Below, piece by piece: positions 51,195 to 63,989 of a DNA stretch of 64,000 nucleotides. Position 1 is the first letter of the stretch. The number at the start of each line of letters is the position of its first letter. Below the pieces are notes generated by a model. The model made no database searches and had not been told where the DNA came from. It saw nothing but the letters and a program-made list of their open reading frames with translations. The stretch is from Octopus sinensis (lineage: Eukaryota), in assembly GCF_006345805.1 (NCBI RefSeq), contig NC_043001.1:110422001-110486000 (forward strand). Direction: 5' to 3'. A program made the translations under genes and the position numbers.

Positions 51195-52905
51195 GCTTTC
51201 GATAGGGTAGACCATCGATACTTCGAGGCTGTCCTCAGAGCGGCTGGCTTCGGTCCCGTCTTCCACGGCTGGATAGCCGCTTTGTACAGAGGCATCCGTT
51301 CGGTAATTCGCGTAAATGGTCATCTATCGAGACCTTTCGACATCGCACGTTCAGTCCGTCAGGGATGCCCCCTCTCCTCGCTTCTATACATATTGACTCT
51401 CGAGCCATTATTGCGGAAGCTGGCAACTCTGGGGGGCATCCCGCGAGAACTGGGATGCGGGACGAGCGTGTCTGCATACGCGGACGACGTCACCGTCATA
51501 GTGTCAGCCACGAGCACATCGAGCAGGTCGGCGAGACACTGAAAAACTACGAAGCGGTGACAGGAGCGAAAATCAACCGGGAAAAGTCAGTGGGCTTGCG
51601 ACTAGGCACCTGGAGAAGCAAGCCCATGCCGTCCACCAGCGCCACCCGTTGTGGGACGCTGGACCGACGGTCCGGTCGAGTTGCTCGGGCTCTGGTTCGG
51701 TCCGGACCTCCAAATGGAGAAGCACTGGAACGAGATAATGAGTAGAGTGGTCACTCTCGCCCGGCAATGAGCCGAGAGTAAACTGTCCCTAAAAGGTCGG
51801 GCGGAGGTGGCGAACACATACATCGCGTCCGTCATCTACTACCGCCTGACTGTCGTGCCTTGCCCCGACCCTACCATCACCAAACTACAACGCATTCTCT
51901 TCCGTTTCTTGTGGAAAGGATGCGTCCCGATGGTCAGGTGATCCATTTGCTGTCAACACCCGTTAAAACGAAGATTGGGCATGCCGTGGTTGATGATGCG
52001 CAGACACGCGCTGAGTCTGCGACATCTCCGGCTCTTCGTGGACGACGGTGAACAGGTGTGGTCGCCGTTTGTGAGACACGCTTTCCCGCAACTAGTCTCC
52101 ATGACCGAACTGCAGTCGTGGATCAAAAAGAGTCCGAGGGAGGGCGAATGGCACCGCGAGTCTCGCGTTGCTCTCAAGCAACTCTGCCGTCTCGGGTCGA
52201 CCCTGAGTGACTCCATCACAATCCAAGCATTCTATAGAGGATTAGTGGAAAGGAGGTACGACGACGAGCTCAGGGCGAACCTGGAAGTCGACGAGGAATA
52301 CCTGACCCGCCTGTTCGGGACGACTTTCGGGCCAGGGCCCATGGGCAACTTCCAGAGATCCCTGGTCTGGCAGTACTACCGAGAAGCGCAACCCGTTCGG
52401 GATAAGCTCTACAGACACGGCTCGAGAAACACGGGGCCGAACTGCCCGAGATGCGGTCAGAGCGACGAAACCGTTCTGCACGCTCTCGTGCAGTGTCCAA
52501 CAATTTCCGACCTGTGGGCTTATGTCGAACAACTGCTGTCACGTGTGGGACAAGTCGGTTTATCAGCTGAGTCTATCGTCAATATTGTCACGCATCCTTC
52601 CTTCAAACGGGAAGGAAGAGCTATTTTAATCATACTTGTGGCCATGGCGAAAGAATGTATCTGGTGGACGCGTCTGAAAGGATTGGAGACAAACACTTTC
52701 CTCTCTGGTCAATCTCTCATCAACTTATTCAAGTACCACTTGAAAAGAAAAGTGAGAGTAGAGAGGCAAGTTTTGTCTAGCAAATGTTTAAAAAAAAGAT
52801 GGGTGAATGTAGCAAGGATGGCACGTATGGATGACGAAGCCACCTTGAGCATAATCCTATGAACCCAGAAATTGAAAACAGAGGGTTACCCACTTACAAA
52901 CAAAT
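51195..52905 (+). mobile_element. Tx1-like LINE ORF2 fragment (RT core to C-terminus), frameshifted
   Basis: AFDRVDH, VRQGCPLS, AYADDV, LSLKGRAEVANT..LQRILFRFLWKG, CPRCGQSDETVLHALVQC. High identity to 13825-14870. TCTA-type repeats lie on both sides. Confidence 0.92.
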
Positions 52906-52979
52906 CTACCTATCTACTTATGTAGTATCTATCTAACTACTTACCAACGTATTCTTTTATCTCTCTATCAATCTAACTC

Positions 52980-53014
<35 letters not shown>

Positions 53015-53430
53015 GTCTATCGATCGATCGATCGATCGATCTAGCAGGTGCTATTATGTTAGACATAGCCTGGGGCAATATTGGCCGAAACCTATCAAAG
53101 TATATTAATCTTTACATATATATTTGTAAAATCTGCGTACATGTGTGTGTAAGTTTACTTACATGTGAGTCATTACGGAGAATTATGAAATTGATCCGCA
53201 GCTTACAACATATTGGGTCGGCGCAGTCTAAACTTGATCGACTAAGTTAATGTTCCATATATTATCCAACATATGCAGAAAACATTTATGACGACATATT
53301 CAGATTCGTGGGGGAAATGGTGTGAGTTCTAGCTTCATCAAGCAATTGCCTAGGAAAATACACTACGTCTGAATGTTGAGAGGTTGAAAAAAGGTTGCCG
53401 ATTGTAAAGTATAAAAACGATAAACGTCGC

Positions 53431-53690
53431 CCTTTTTCAAGCCTAGCCAGGCTCATGGGCCCGGTTTCCCCCTTGCTTGACGGGACGCCAGACCATCGCA
53501 GCGATACTCAAGAAACAGGAAAAGAGAGTGAGTGAAAATTGTGGCGAAATAGTACAACAGAGGTCGCCACCACTCCCTGCCGGAGCCTTGTGGGGCTCTT
53601 AGGTGTTTTCGCTCAATAAACACACACAACGCCCGGGTTGGAAATCGAAACCGCGAGTCCGCTTCCTAACCACTGGGCCATTGCGCCTCC
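53431..53690 (-). mobile_element. SINE family C variant with an alternative 3' tail
   Basis: Same head and body as 46900 and 55037. Diverges at about 53511 into ctggcgtcccgtc..gaaaccgggcccatgagcctggctagg. Confidence 0.8.
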
Positions 53691-53740
53691 GATTGTAAAT
53701 TATAAATGATTTTAAATGATTTACGTAGCTAAATGTTTGT

Positions 53741-54155
53741 AGGTATTTGGAGTGGCTGTGTGGTTCCGGGTTCAGTCCCACTGCGTGGCACCTTGGCCAA
53801 GTGTCTTCTACTATAGCCTTGGGCAAACCAAAGCCTTGTGAGTGGATTTGGTAGACGGAAACTGAAAGAAGGCCGTCGTATATATGTATATATATATACA
53901 TGTATATATATATACATGTATATATATGTATGTGTGTGTGTGTATATTTGTGGTCTGTGTTTGTCCCCCCAACATCGCTTGACAACCGATGGTGGTGTGT
54001 TTACGTCCCCGTAATTTAGCGATTCTGCAAAAGATACCGATAGAATAAGTACTAAGCTTATACAGAATAAGTCCTGGGGTCGATTTGCTCGACTAAAGGC
54101 GGTGCTCCAGCATGGTCGCAGTCAAATGATAGAAACAAGTAAAAGAGTAAAAGAG
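53741..54155 (+). mobile_element. SINE family B, full length
   Basis: Family B pattern; ends aagtaaaagagtaaaagag. Confidence 0.92.
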
Positions 54156-54619
54156 TTATAAGGGGGTGGGGCTGAATTTAACAGCATCATAAGTTAACTC
54201 CTTTGGAGCGTATGAAGATTAGAAGTTGTCTTTGAGAAAAAAAAATTAGCTAAGGAGGAGGGGAAACCATGTGAATATTAGAAAAGCCTTTTCTGTATCA
54301 TGATGATCCAAGCCGCGTATCAAAATATCGACATTATGACTACTGTTCATTGCTCTGTCAACACTGTAAAGGCTGTATGATATTACATGGGGAGTTGTAA
54401 CGAAGAATACGAAGCCGTGACCATTAAACAGGAGCACGGCGGGATCTGACAGCATCCGCACTTCGCATTTAATCCAGCGTCTTTGAAAAGGGGTTAATAT
54501 GTGATGGATATGGCTATGTGAATCTGCTAGAGTCTGTAGTCAATCACTGCTTTTGAATGGTTGCTGCTAGGAAATCATATGTGTGGGAGCAGGATTTTGG
54601 CCCCTTGCTCTACCTCCAG

Positions 54620-54888
54620 AAAATGCCAGAAGTTGTTGGAGAATTCCTATAACGACATCAGCCCGACTTTGAACTCCTAATCAGCCCTATTGTAATCCCG
54701 TGGGTTACTATGTATGGGGCGCGGTTGAGCAAAGTATCGAATGCTCTCCATGCAACATCAATGCCGAGCTAGTGGCAAAGAACAAGGTACCTGAAGACCT
54801 TCGAAGGGACAGAGTGAAGAAAGCTTGCACTAGGTCCAACATTTGTCTTGGGGCTTTGGTGGATACTGCGGGCGACTACTTGCAGTAA
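54620..54888 (+). mobile_element. Tc1/mariner-superfamily transposase C-terminal fragment
   Basis: Degenerate (W)PPNSPDCNPLDYYVW-like (PNQPYCNPVGYYVWGAVE) followed by ..VKKACTR..LGALVDTAGDYLQ*. Confidence 0.6.
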
Positions 54889-55036
54889 ACTCTTATCTCA
54901 CCCTCCCCTATAATCTAAGTAATATTTTTTTTGATTCTTTAACAATGTTTATTCTTTAAATGGGATATTGGTTTTCTTTCGTTTTATGCAAATAACCAAA
55001 TTTATCCCGAACCCCATGTATATATAACCATGTATG

Positions 55037-55403
55037 GGAGGCGCAGTTACCCAGTGGTTAGGGCAGCGGACTCGCGGTCGCAGGATCGGAGTTTCGATTC
55101 CCAGACGTTGTGAGTGTTTATTGATTGAAAACACCTAAAGGTCCACCAGGCTCCGGCAGTGGGTGGTGACGAACCCTGCTATACTCTTTAACCACAACTT
55201 TCTCTCACTCTTTCTTCTTGTTTCTGTTGTACCTGTATTTCAAAGGGGCAGCCTTGTCACACTCTGTGTCACACTGAATCTCCCCGAGAACTACGTTAAG
55301 GGTACACGTGACCGTGGCGTTCTCAGTCACTTGCACGTTAATTTCACAATCAGGCTGTTTCGTTGATCCGATCAACTGGAGCCCTCCTCATCGTCACCGA
55401 CGC
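55037..55403 (+). mobile_element. SINE family C, full length
   Basis: ggaggcgcagttacccagtggttagggcagcggactcgcggtcgcaggatcggagtttcgattccc head. Confidence 0.9.
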
Positions 55404-55961
55404 ATTATAAAACAGAATAGAGTTTGAACAGAGCTGAATTGCAAACATCTTGCATACATATTTACATAAATATATAGACTGATAGATTGATAGATACAAG
55501 TATCAATTCAGTGGTAAGAAGCTGTATGTATATTTTTAAACTGATTCTAGTATCCATTCTCGCGGGCACTTAGGGAAAAATGCTAAGTTCATCATCATCA
55601 TCATTGTTCGACCGTGGTCGAGACAATGGAATTTACCATGCTACGCCAGACTTCACGGTCCATCATGGCATTACGGAGATCCTGTTGCTGGATGCCTGTA
55701 TCGCTGGAGATTACATCAGGGTAGGAGAGTGTGCGCCCTCTGGTATTGCGAGTTACTGATTCTGTAAACAAACCGAAATCGGGTGACAAGAAGTATGGCC
55801 GACAGACATAAACACAAATCACTCACAAACATACAGGCACACACGCATGTACATATAATACATACATATTAACATACATACATAACTACGTACGTACGTA
55901 CCTACATACATACATACATACATACATACACACACATGTTTATATGTATGCATGTATTCTT

Positions 55962-56167
55962 ATTTCTTTATTCTTTTATTCGTTTCAGACATTCGAGTGC
56001 GGCCATGCTGGAACACTGCCTTTGGTCTAACGAATCGACATACTTACTTATTCTATCGGTGTTTTTTTGCCGAACCGCTAAGTTACTGGGACACCGACAC
56101 ACCAGCATCGGTTGTCAAGCGATTGGCAAGGGAGACAAATACAGAGACTAATACACACGGACACTGT

Positions 56168-56199
<32 letters not shown>

Positions 56200-56363
56200 C
56201 GACGGGCTTCTTTCAGTTTCCGTCTCCCAAATCCACTCGCAAGGCTTTGGTCTGCCCGAGGCTATAGAAGAAAACACTTGCCCTAGAGGTCACACGGTGG
56301 GACTGAACTCGGAACCATGTGGTTAGAAAGCAAGTTACTTAACAGACAGCCACTCCTGTTCCT
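55962..56363 (-). mobile_element. SINE family B
   Basis: Reverse complement of the family B pattern. Confidence 0.85.
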
Positions 56364-56370
56364 ATATACG

Positions 56371-56571
56371 GAGACCCCTTCGGTCACGAATGACCATTGG
56401 ATTGCACCTAGAAAGTTACCCTCCGAGGCACAAGTCCGCAACTTATTTCTAGAGCTGACTAAACTGGAGCAACGTGAAATAAAGTGTCTTGCTCTCAAAA
56501 CACACACGCAACTGGTCCGGCATTCGAACTCACAACCAAATGCTCGTAAACTCGATGGTCTGATCACTGAG

Positions 56572-56574
<3 letters not shown>
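56371..56574 (-). mobile_element. SINE family D, internally deleted
   Basis: The reverse complement matches the head and tail of 61126-61450 (caagacactt..gcacctagaaagttaccct..gagacccc). Confidence 0.7.
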
Positions 56575-56645
<71 letters not shown>

Positions 56646-56653
56646 TACATATA

Positions 56654-56691
<38 letters not shown>

Positions 56692-56702
56692 ATATAAATA
56701 TA

Positions 56703-56752
<50 letters not shown>

Positions 56753-56764
56753 CATATATATATA

Positions 56765-56976
56765 TCGCCATGTTGATTCGTTAGCTACTGCACGCATTTT
56801 TTTTTCTCTCCTTCTTTCTGTGTTTTTTTTCTCTCTGTGTATCTTTCTGTTGAAGAGCGTAGGCTCGAAACGTTAAAGACTTGTTTTATTTATATTTCCT
56901 GAGCGCCATACTAATACAATTGTTCGTTTGTTTCCCACCTGCCTTCGTCTTTTGTATATTTTCATAAAGCTTTCCG

Positions 56977-56977
<1 letters not shown>
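56765..56977 (+). mobile_element. ~200-bp hammerhead-like repeat family, copy 2, within (TA)n
   Basis: tcttt-CTGTTGA-a-gagc-gtag-gctc-GAAAC-GT-T-aaaga at 56842-56879; (TA)n on both sides. Confidence 0.8.
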
Positions 56978-57007
<30 letters not shown>

Positions 57008-57008
<1 letters not shown>

Positions 57009-60000
57009 CAGAGAACATTGTGGGACAACTGGCCTGGATACATCGTCTTCAGAGCCAGGGGCAATCACAACAGCACTCAAGACCACCACAATCAAGGGAC
57101 CCAGGGTGGCCATCGCTGACACCAGCCCAGGTGCCACACCGACAGCCTTTATTGACACCCCAAATATCTCACCAGTGCTTCTGCTGAATGTCAGAGGTCT
57201 GGTGAAACCCACTAATATGAGTAAAATTCCTTACCTTAGGGACTTAAGCACAAGCAACCATGCAATATGCATAGCGCTGACTGAAACGCACCTGCCAAGC
57301 AGTATAGCAGATGCAGAAATACACATACCAAAGTATACTGTTTTTCGGTCAGACAGGAAGGAAAGAACTCATGGTGGGGTTGCCCTGTACGTCCGTGAAG
57401 ATGTCACACACCCATAGTACTGTTGACACACTCAAACTCAGTCTGTGACACACTGATAGTACACATGAAACAACCGAAATAGTAATATGTGTCACATATC
57501 GGCCACCAGACACCGCTAGTCATGAAGGAGTGTTTGAAGATAGCCTCAGAAGAATAGAAGAAGTCCTGGACAAACTGGACCAGGGTAACACCATTCTACT
57601 GCTGGGAGATTTTAACCTTCCGAAAGTCAAATGGCCAGATGGCCATCTCCTCCCTGGAATGACATCACTTGAACAGAGACAGACAGAGTCCTTGTTGGCT
57701 CTCACACGCAAGCAGTGCTTTGGCCAACAAGAGGTGAGAATGTCTTGGACCTCTGTTTCACAAGCAACCCGATGCTCATCCACAACATAATGGTAACACC
57801 AACAATTCTCTCAGATCACAACTTAGTAGAGGTAATGATATATGGTATGAGAGAGTTAGTTGAGACGCAGCCATTAGAAAATACCACAGGCCTATCCAGT
57901 CTAAACTTCCATAAGGCAAACTGGAAGAAGATCAACGAAGAGATCCAAAAACATGACTGGAGTGACTTCATCACCACACAAGACACCAACACACATTTCC
58001 AACATTTCATGACAACAATACAGAACATATGCCATAAGTTTGTCCCGGAGAAAAAAGCCAGCGGGCAAGGAACGTTATTCCCAGAGACAGGAAAATACTT
58101 ATGAGGCGAAGAGCTAAGCTCTCGAAGCAACTGAATGCACGGCAGAGAAACAATGAGGGACTCCACCTGAAACTTTTTGAAACGGAAACTGCACTTAAAC
58201 TTTCCTATGAGAAGGAGAGGGCAGAGAGAGAAGCCAGGGCCATAGAGAATATTAAAACAACCCTAAAGCCTTCTTTAAATTTGCGAAGAAAACCACCTCG
58301 GTACACTGCAAGATTGGCCCACTCTTTGATAAAAAGGGCTCTCTAACTGAGGACCCCCAAGGGATAAGTGAAATACTAAAGGAACAGTATAAAAGTGTGT
58401 TCACATCCCCTCTGGGGCACATGCAAATCACAAACCCAGAAGTTTTCTTTGATGCCACGACACTCCAAACCAAACAACAACCATCGACCACATAGACATA
58501 ACAGAGAGGGATGTAATATCTGCCATAGAAGAAATGAGAATAAACTCAGCTGCTGGACCAGATGGATTCCCAGCAGTCCTCCTAAAAACATGCAGGCATG
58601 CCCTAGCGGGACCACTGAAGAAGCTCTTCAGTGGTTCCTTGGCTAACGGTAAACTTCCCAGGCGCTAAAAGAAGGCACCATATGCCCTATCCACAAAGGA
58701 GGGAGTAGAGCAGAGGCCAAAAACTACAGGCCAGTCTCCCTGACGTCACACATAAGTAAGGTCATGGAACGAATCATCAGAAAAAACTGATCACGTTCCT
58801 CGAAGAAACTAACCGTCTCACTGACACACAGCATGGCTTTCGCCCAGGAAGAAGCTGCCTTACGCAGCTGTTACAACACTACGACTGGGTACTGAAACAA
58901 CTACTGGATCGCTCACAGGTGGATGTGGTATATCTCGACTTTGCGAAGGCCTTTGACAAAGTCGACCACGGAGTGATATGTTACAAATTACTCAGACTCG
59001 GCATAACAGGAAAAGTAGGTGAGTGGATACATGACTTCCTGAAGGACAGAAGCCAGATGGTTGCAGCCAATGGAGCCCTCTCGGGAAAGACACCAATAGC
59101 AAGCGGGGTGCCACAGGGCACAGTCTTGGAACCCTTGCTGTTTTGGTGGCGCTCTCTGACATGCCCTTGGTAGCACAAACAACATCCCTCACTAGCTATG
59201 CTGATGACACAAAGGTAGCACAGGCAATCAAAAACCCAGCTGATGCTGACCTTTTACAACAAGATCTGGATGCCATATACAAATGAGCTGAAGACAACAA
59301 CATGCAATTTAATGCTGGTAAATTTCAAGCCTTACCATATCAAGCTGTAAACACATACATTACAACACAACTATACTGGTCCAGGAGGGATCGAAATCCC
59401 AGTATCGAAATCAATACGGGACCTGGGGATAGACATGAGTGACGATGCATCTTTTTCTTCACACATCGCGAAGGTGGCGACAATGTGCAAAGACTCACTG
59501 GCTGGATCCTGAGGACATTCCGGACAAGAGACTGCGAGACCATGTTGACACTATGGAGGACATTTGTCCTAAGCCGCCTGGACTACTGCTCCCAACAGTG
59601 GTCACCGCATAGTGTCAAACTAACCACAGAGCTTGAGACAATCCAAGACATTTCACAAGAGGATTTCCACCATGAAAGAAAAGACTATTGGGAGAGGCTT
59701 AGGGAACTCAATTTACTCCTTGGAACGAAGACGAGAGAGATATGCAGTGATATACATATGGAAAATCCTGGAGGGACTAGCACCAAATTTTGGAATTGAG
59801 AGCTGTTCCAATCCCCGTACAGGACGTCACTGTGTGGTGCCAAAGGCCCGTCTTCCACATCCAGGGTAAGGAGCAGATACTGTAATAGCCTGGGGTTCAG
59901 GGGCCCTCAGCTGTTCAACAAACTGCCAAGAAAATAAGAGTTCTACATGATGCGGATGTGGACATTTTCAAAAAACATCTAGACAAGCTGCTTTCCGGAT

Positions 60001-60170
60001 CCCAGATGAACCCACTGCAAGGTACGAAGGTAACCTAAGGGCAGCAGCTACAAACTCTCTCTTAGATCAGTGGCCAGCCACGGCAAACTGGACTTAGAGA
60101 GGGTAGCAACAAGGGCGGTGCCCCAGCATGGCCTCAGCCGGATGGCTGAAACAAGTAAAAGAGTAAAAGA

Positions 60171-60172
<2 letters not shown>
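57008..60172 (+). mobile_element. CR1-like LINE (APE plus RT ORF2, frameshifted), 5'-truncated, intact 3' end, inserted in (TA)n
   Basis: NVRGL, ALTETHL, RTHGGVALYV, LLGDFNLP, TRGENVLDL, SDHNLV, AAGPDG, NYRPVSLTS, QHGFR, YLDFAKAFDKVDH, SGVPQGTVL, YADDTK, SLERRRERY. Ends in (AGTAAAAG) octamer repeats. Confidence 0.95.
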
Positions 60173-60268
<96 letters not shown>

Positions 60269-60299
60269 CATATATATAAATATATATTATATATAACAC

Positions 60300-60331
<32 letters not shown>

Positions 60332-60336
60332 TTATA

Positions 60337-60375
<39 letters not shown>

Positions 60376-60528
60376 TATATATATAACATTTATATATATA
60401 TATATATATACATATATTATATATAATATATATATATATATATACATATATAATATATATTATATATATATATAATATATAATATATATATGTTGTGTGT
60501 GTGTGTGTCTGTTGTGTGTGTGTGTATG

Positions 60529-60580
<52 letters not shown>
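60173..60580. repeat. Long degenerate (TA)n array
   Basis: Seen directly. Confidence 0.95.
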
Positions 60581-60582
<2 letters not shown>

Positions 60583-61029
60583 CGACACACGCAAAGTTAT
60601 ATACGCGTAAGAGAATTGTTCGTATGTGGACGGTGATGAAACCGATAAAAACAAAAAGGTAGTTGCGAAAAATATTTCATGAGATTTGTGGCTCGTTACA
60701 TCACTTATTCAAAATGATGCTGCTACTGAAAACGCAATGCAATCGATATGCGGATAAATATTTCGGGTGGATACTGGAAACTGTTTAATAACCAGACGGA
60801 TGGGACGGTTAGATGCGTTGCTGCTGTTGCCGATGTTGCAGTTATTGCTGCTGCTGCTGCTGCTGCTGTACTACTAGTATTTCGGTTTGTTGCTGTATGC
60901 TCGGATTGTTTGTTGTTATGATGTGTATGACTAAGTTCACAAGGAAAAAATAAATTCTGACGCCCACCTAACACATTCGTTTACGTAACATTCGGTCAAA
61001 TTATAAGTTATAACGAATTTAAGAGCTTA

Positions 61030-61064
<35 letters not shown>

Positions 61065-61125
61065 TATATATATATATATGCATATGTGTGTGTGTGTATG
61101 TGTGCGTGTGTGTGTGTGCATAAGT

Positions 61126-61446
61126 GAAGACGTATGGCTCAGGGGTTAGAGCGTCGAGCTTACGATCATGAGGTTGAGAGTTGGAATCTGCGTGTAGTCT
61201 TCTTGAGCAAGACACTTCATTTCACGTCGCTCCAGTTCACTCAGCTGTAGAAATGAGTTGCGACGTCACAGGTGCCAAGCTGTATTGGCCCATTTGCCTT
61301 TCCCTTGGATAACACTGGTGGCATGGAGAGGGGAGGCTGGTATGCATGGGCGACTGCCGGTCTTCCATAAGCAACCTTGTCCGGACTTGTGCCTCGCAGG
61401 GTAACTTTCTAGGTGCAATCCCATGGTCAGTCATGACCGAAGGGGG

Positions 61447-61450
<4 letters not shown>
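61126..61450 (+). mobile_element. SINE family D, full length
   Basis: tRNA-like head tatggctcaggggttagagcg..gagttggaatc, central ttgagcaagacacttcatttcac..ctccagttcactcagctgta, tail ending gggggtctc. Confidence 0.8.
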
Positions 61451-61480
<30 letters not shown>

Positions 61481-61483
<3 letters not shown>

Positions 61484-61673
61484 AGATCGTTAGCCACTAC
61501 ACACATTTTATCCTGTCCTTGTTTCTCTCCTTGTTTTTTTCTGTGTCTCTTTCTGTAGAAGAGCGTAGGCTCGAAACGTAAAAGACTTTTTGTATTCCTG
61601 AGCGTTATACTAATACATCTGTTTGTTTTGTACACCACCTGTCTTCGTCTTTTGCCTTTTTTCGAAACTCTCC
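61481..61673 (+). mobile_element. ~200-bp hammerhead-like repeat family, copy 3, within (TA)n
   Basis: tcttt-CTGTAGA-a-gagc-gtag-gctc-GAAAC-GT-A-aaaga at 61548-61585; (TA)n on both sides. Confidence 0.8.
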
Positions 61674-63594
61674 CTATATATATATATATATGTATGTGTG
61701 TGGGTGTGTGTGTGTCTGTGGGTGTGTGTGTGTGTAATGCACACTCAGAATTACTGCAATTGCTAATCACTGCACCCCAGAAACAGACGTAATTTATTGT
61801 TTGGATTCTTTTTTCTTCCATCTGTGATGTCAAAGTATGTGCTCTCCAGAGAGCTTCCTATCTTTGAAGAAATACTATGACGGATTACCACGATTTTTCC
61901 TCTTTCTTAGGAATATTGTAGAATAAGCTTTTCGGATATATACCGATTTTTGAAGAATTACAATACACTTTCGTTTTCCTGCTGTTATCGGTTTTCATGT
62001 TAAATTATATTTATCCTCAATTCTCTGTAACTATTTCATGAACGCTTTCATGCCCTTAATATTCGCCTGACCATCTTTTAATTTACTATATTTTCAATAG
62101 TTCAAATAACATATCGTGCTTGCTAGATTCCGTCGCCTATAGTTTGATGTTGGATCTTATGTATTGCATTTCGTCTGAGAACTCATATTTGTCTATGCAG
62201 CATACTCTTTTGACGTACATTTATGCAGTAAATGCACATAGGAAATACTTATATAATTTTCTGATCTGGTGAAGTTCGTATTCTGAAAATCTGAAACTAT
62301 ACAATGTTAATAGTGTAACAGTACATATATGTTTACTTTATTTACTGACGTCGTCAGAGTATGTTAGTCTAACTTCACATGTTAAATATTTAACCGATTG
62401 ATTAAGAATAAGGGGTTATATATTGAATTACTACACGCATTTGTAATTATTGGTGTAATGACCCTCTCAAAATACAAGTTTTATAAATGAAAAAATCACG
62501 AATTACGGTAGAATAAATCTATAAACATTGGTTATAAAAATGGAGGCGAAGAAATGACTGAAGAAAGAAGTAACCTCGGCGATACATATACAAGAAGAAT
62601 GCAAGGGTGGAAATTAAGTGGAGTCGGACGGAAAAAGATGGGGAAGCGTGCTGTTTGCGTAGCACGGAACAAGGAAAGAGAGAGCCGTTACTGACATTGA
62701 TGGACATAAAGATATATCGGATAGGAGATGTATTATGGCTAAAGGAGAATTCAAAATGAGACATAATGGTAACTTTTCGACCGTGTGTGAGTGTATATCG
62801 CAGTTCCAAAGTTCATTCAAATTCTTAATCATTTGATAAGGCGAAAGAGAATATAACTAGGAGTAAACTGTATGCTGGGATTTTGTAAATTTGTGCTCCG
62901 TTGAGACGGTTCCAAATATTTATTTCCGAAATTCCTTCCATGTCTTCATAGCTGAGTGCAAAATGCTAATTCGTAATTTGAAAGTTCGAGTGTAATTATT
63001 ATGGCGTCCATCATACTTCAGCTGTAGTTTGACTAAGTCCAAATTGTTTCAATTTGGCCAGTGTGATAAACCTTGTCCTTTATAATGTAACCTATATTAA
63101 TAAAGATTTATTTAGAAAGGCCCTACCATCCCTATTAACCCGAAGACCTCCAGTTTTGCTTGATCTATTCTGGAACGTACAAATAAAAAACATCTACTTA
63201 AAAAAAGTAGATCTCATAATTCTTCAGACATAAAATGGTTATTCCTTCTGTATCAAACTCATACAGTATTGTGTATAGTTCTTGGAAACCCTGCATTTCA
63301 TTCCATAAACGATTCATATGTGATTCGTGGAAGCAGATTAGTTTCCAAATGTACATCCTGAATTTCAAATTAAGTTTTTTTATATGTATCTTAGCATTCC
63401 CCAAACATTGCTTCGCATTTCGAGTTTGGCATTTTATAAGTAAGCCTGCGATTATTCTGCAAAGTGACTGAATTCAGCAAAGGCCTTATTTGTATAGTTT
63501 TATATAAAGTAGATTTAACTTATTGATTTTCGAAATGAGACTTTATTGTATAGATTTGTTCCGATTTAATTTTAGTTGTTTTGAGGTAGCACGG

Positions 63595-63830
63595 CCTAGT
63601 CGTTGGGGTGTTGCAACCGCGATCGCAAGATCGCGATTTCACGGCTCGTGGTTTCACTGGCGGAGAGGGTTATGCGTTGTGTTCTTGTGTAAAACGTTTC
63701 ATGTCATGTTAGTCTGCGATCACCCCAATACTTGATGCGTGGGTCCGCTTGCAGCTGTTCAGGCAATGTTGGTTTGATAGAGAGAGTGAGCTTAATGTAC
63801 TACGTAAACATTTGATCACTTTCCCCGTCA
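63595..63830 (+). mobile_element. Old, degenerate family D-like SINE
   Basis: tRNA-like head followed by tgcgttgtgttcttgtgtaaaacgtttcatgtcatgtt, a diverged version of the family D centre. Confidence 0.35.
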
Positions 63831-63952
63831 AATCATGTGAAAAACATCGCAAAATCTTCTTTACCGGATTATGAGAGACCACCATCATCATATTCAGCTT
63901 GTAAACAAAATTCCAGTCTACTAAGATACATTTGCATGGAATATCTGATGAC

Positions 63953-63989
<37 letters not shown>

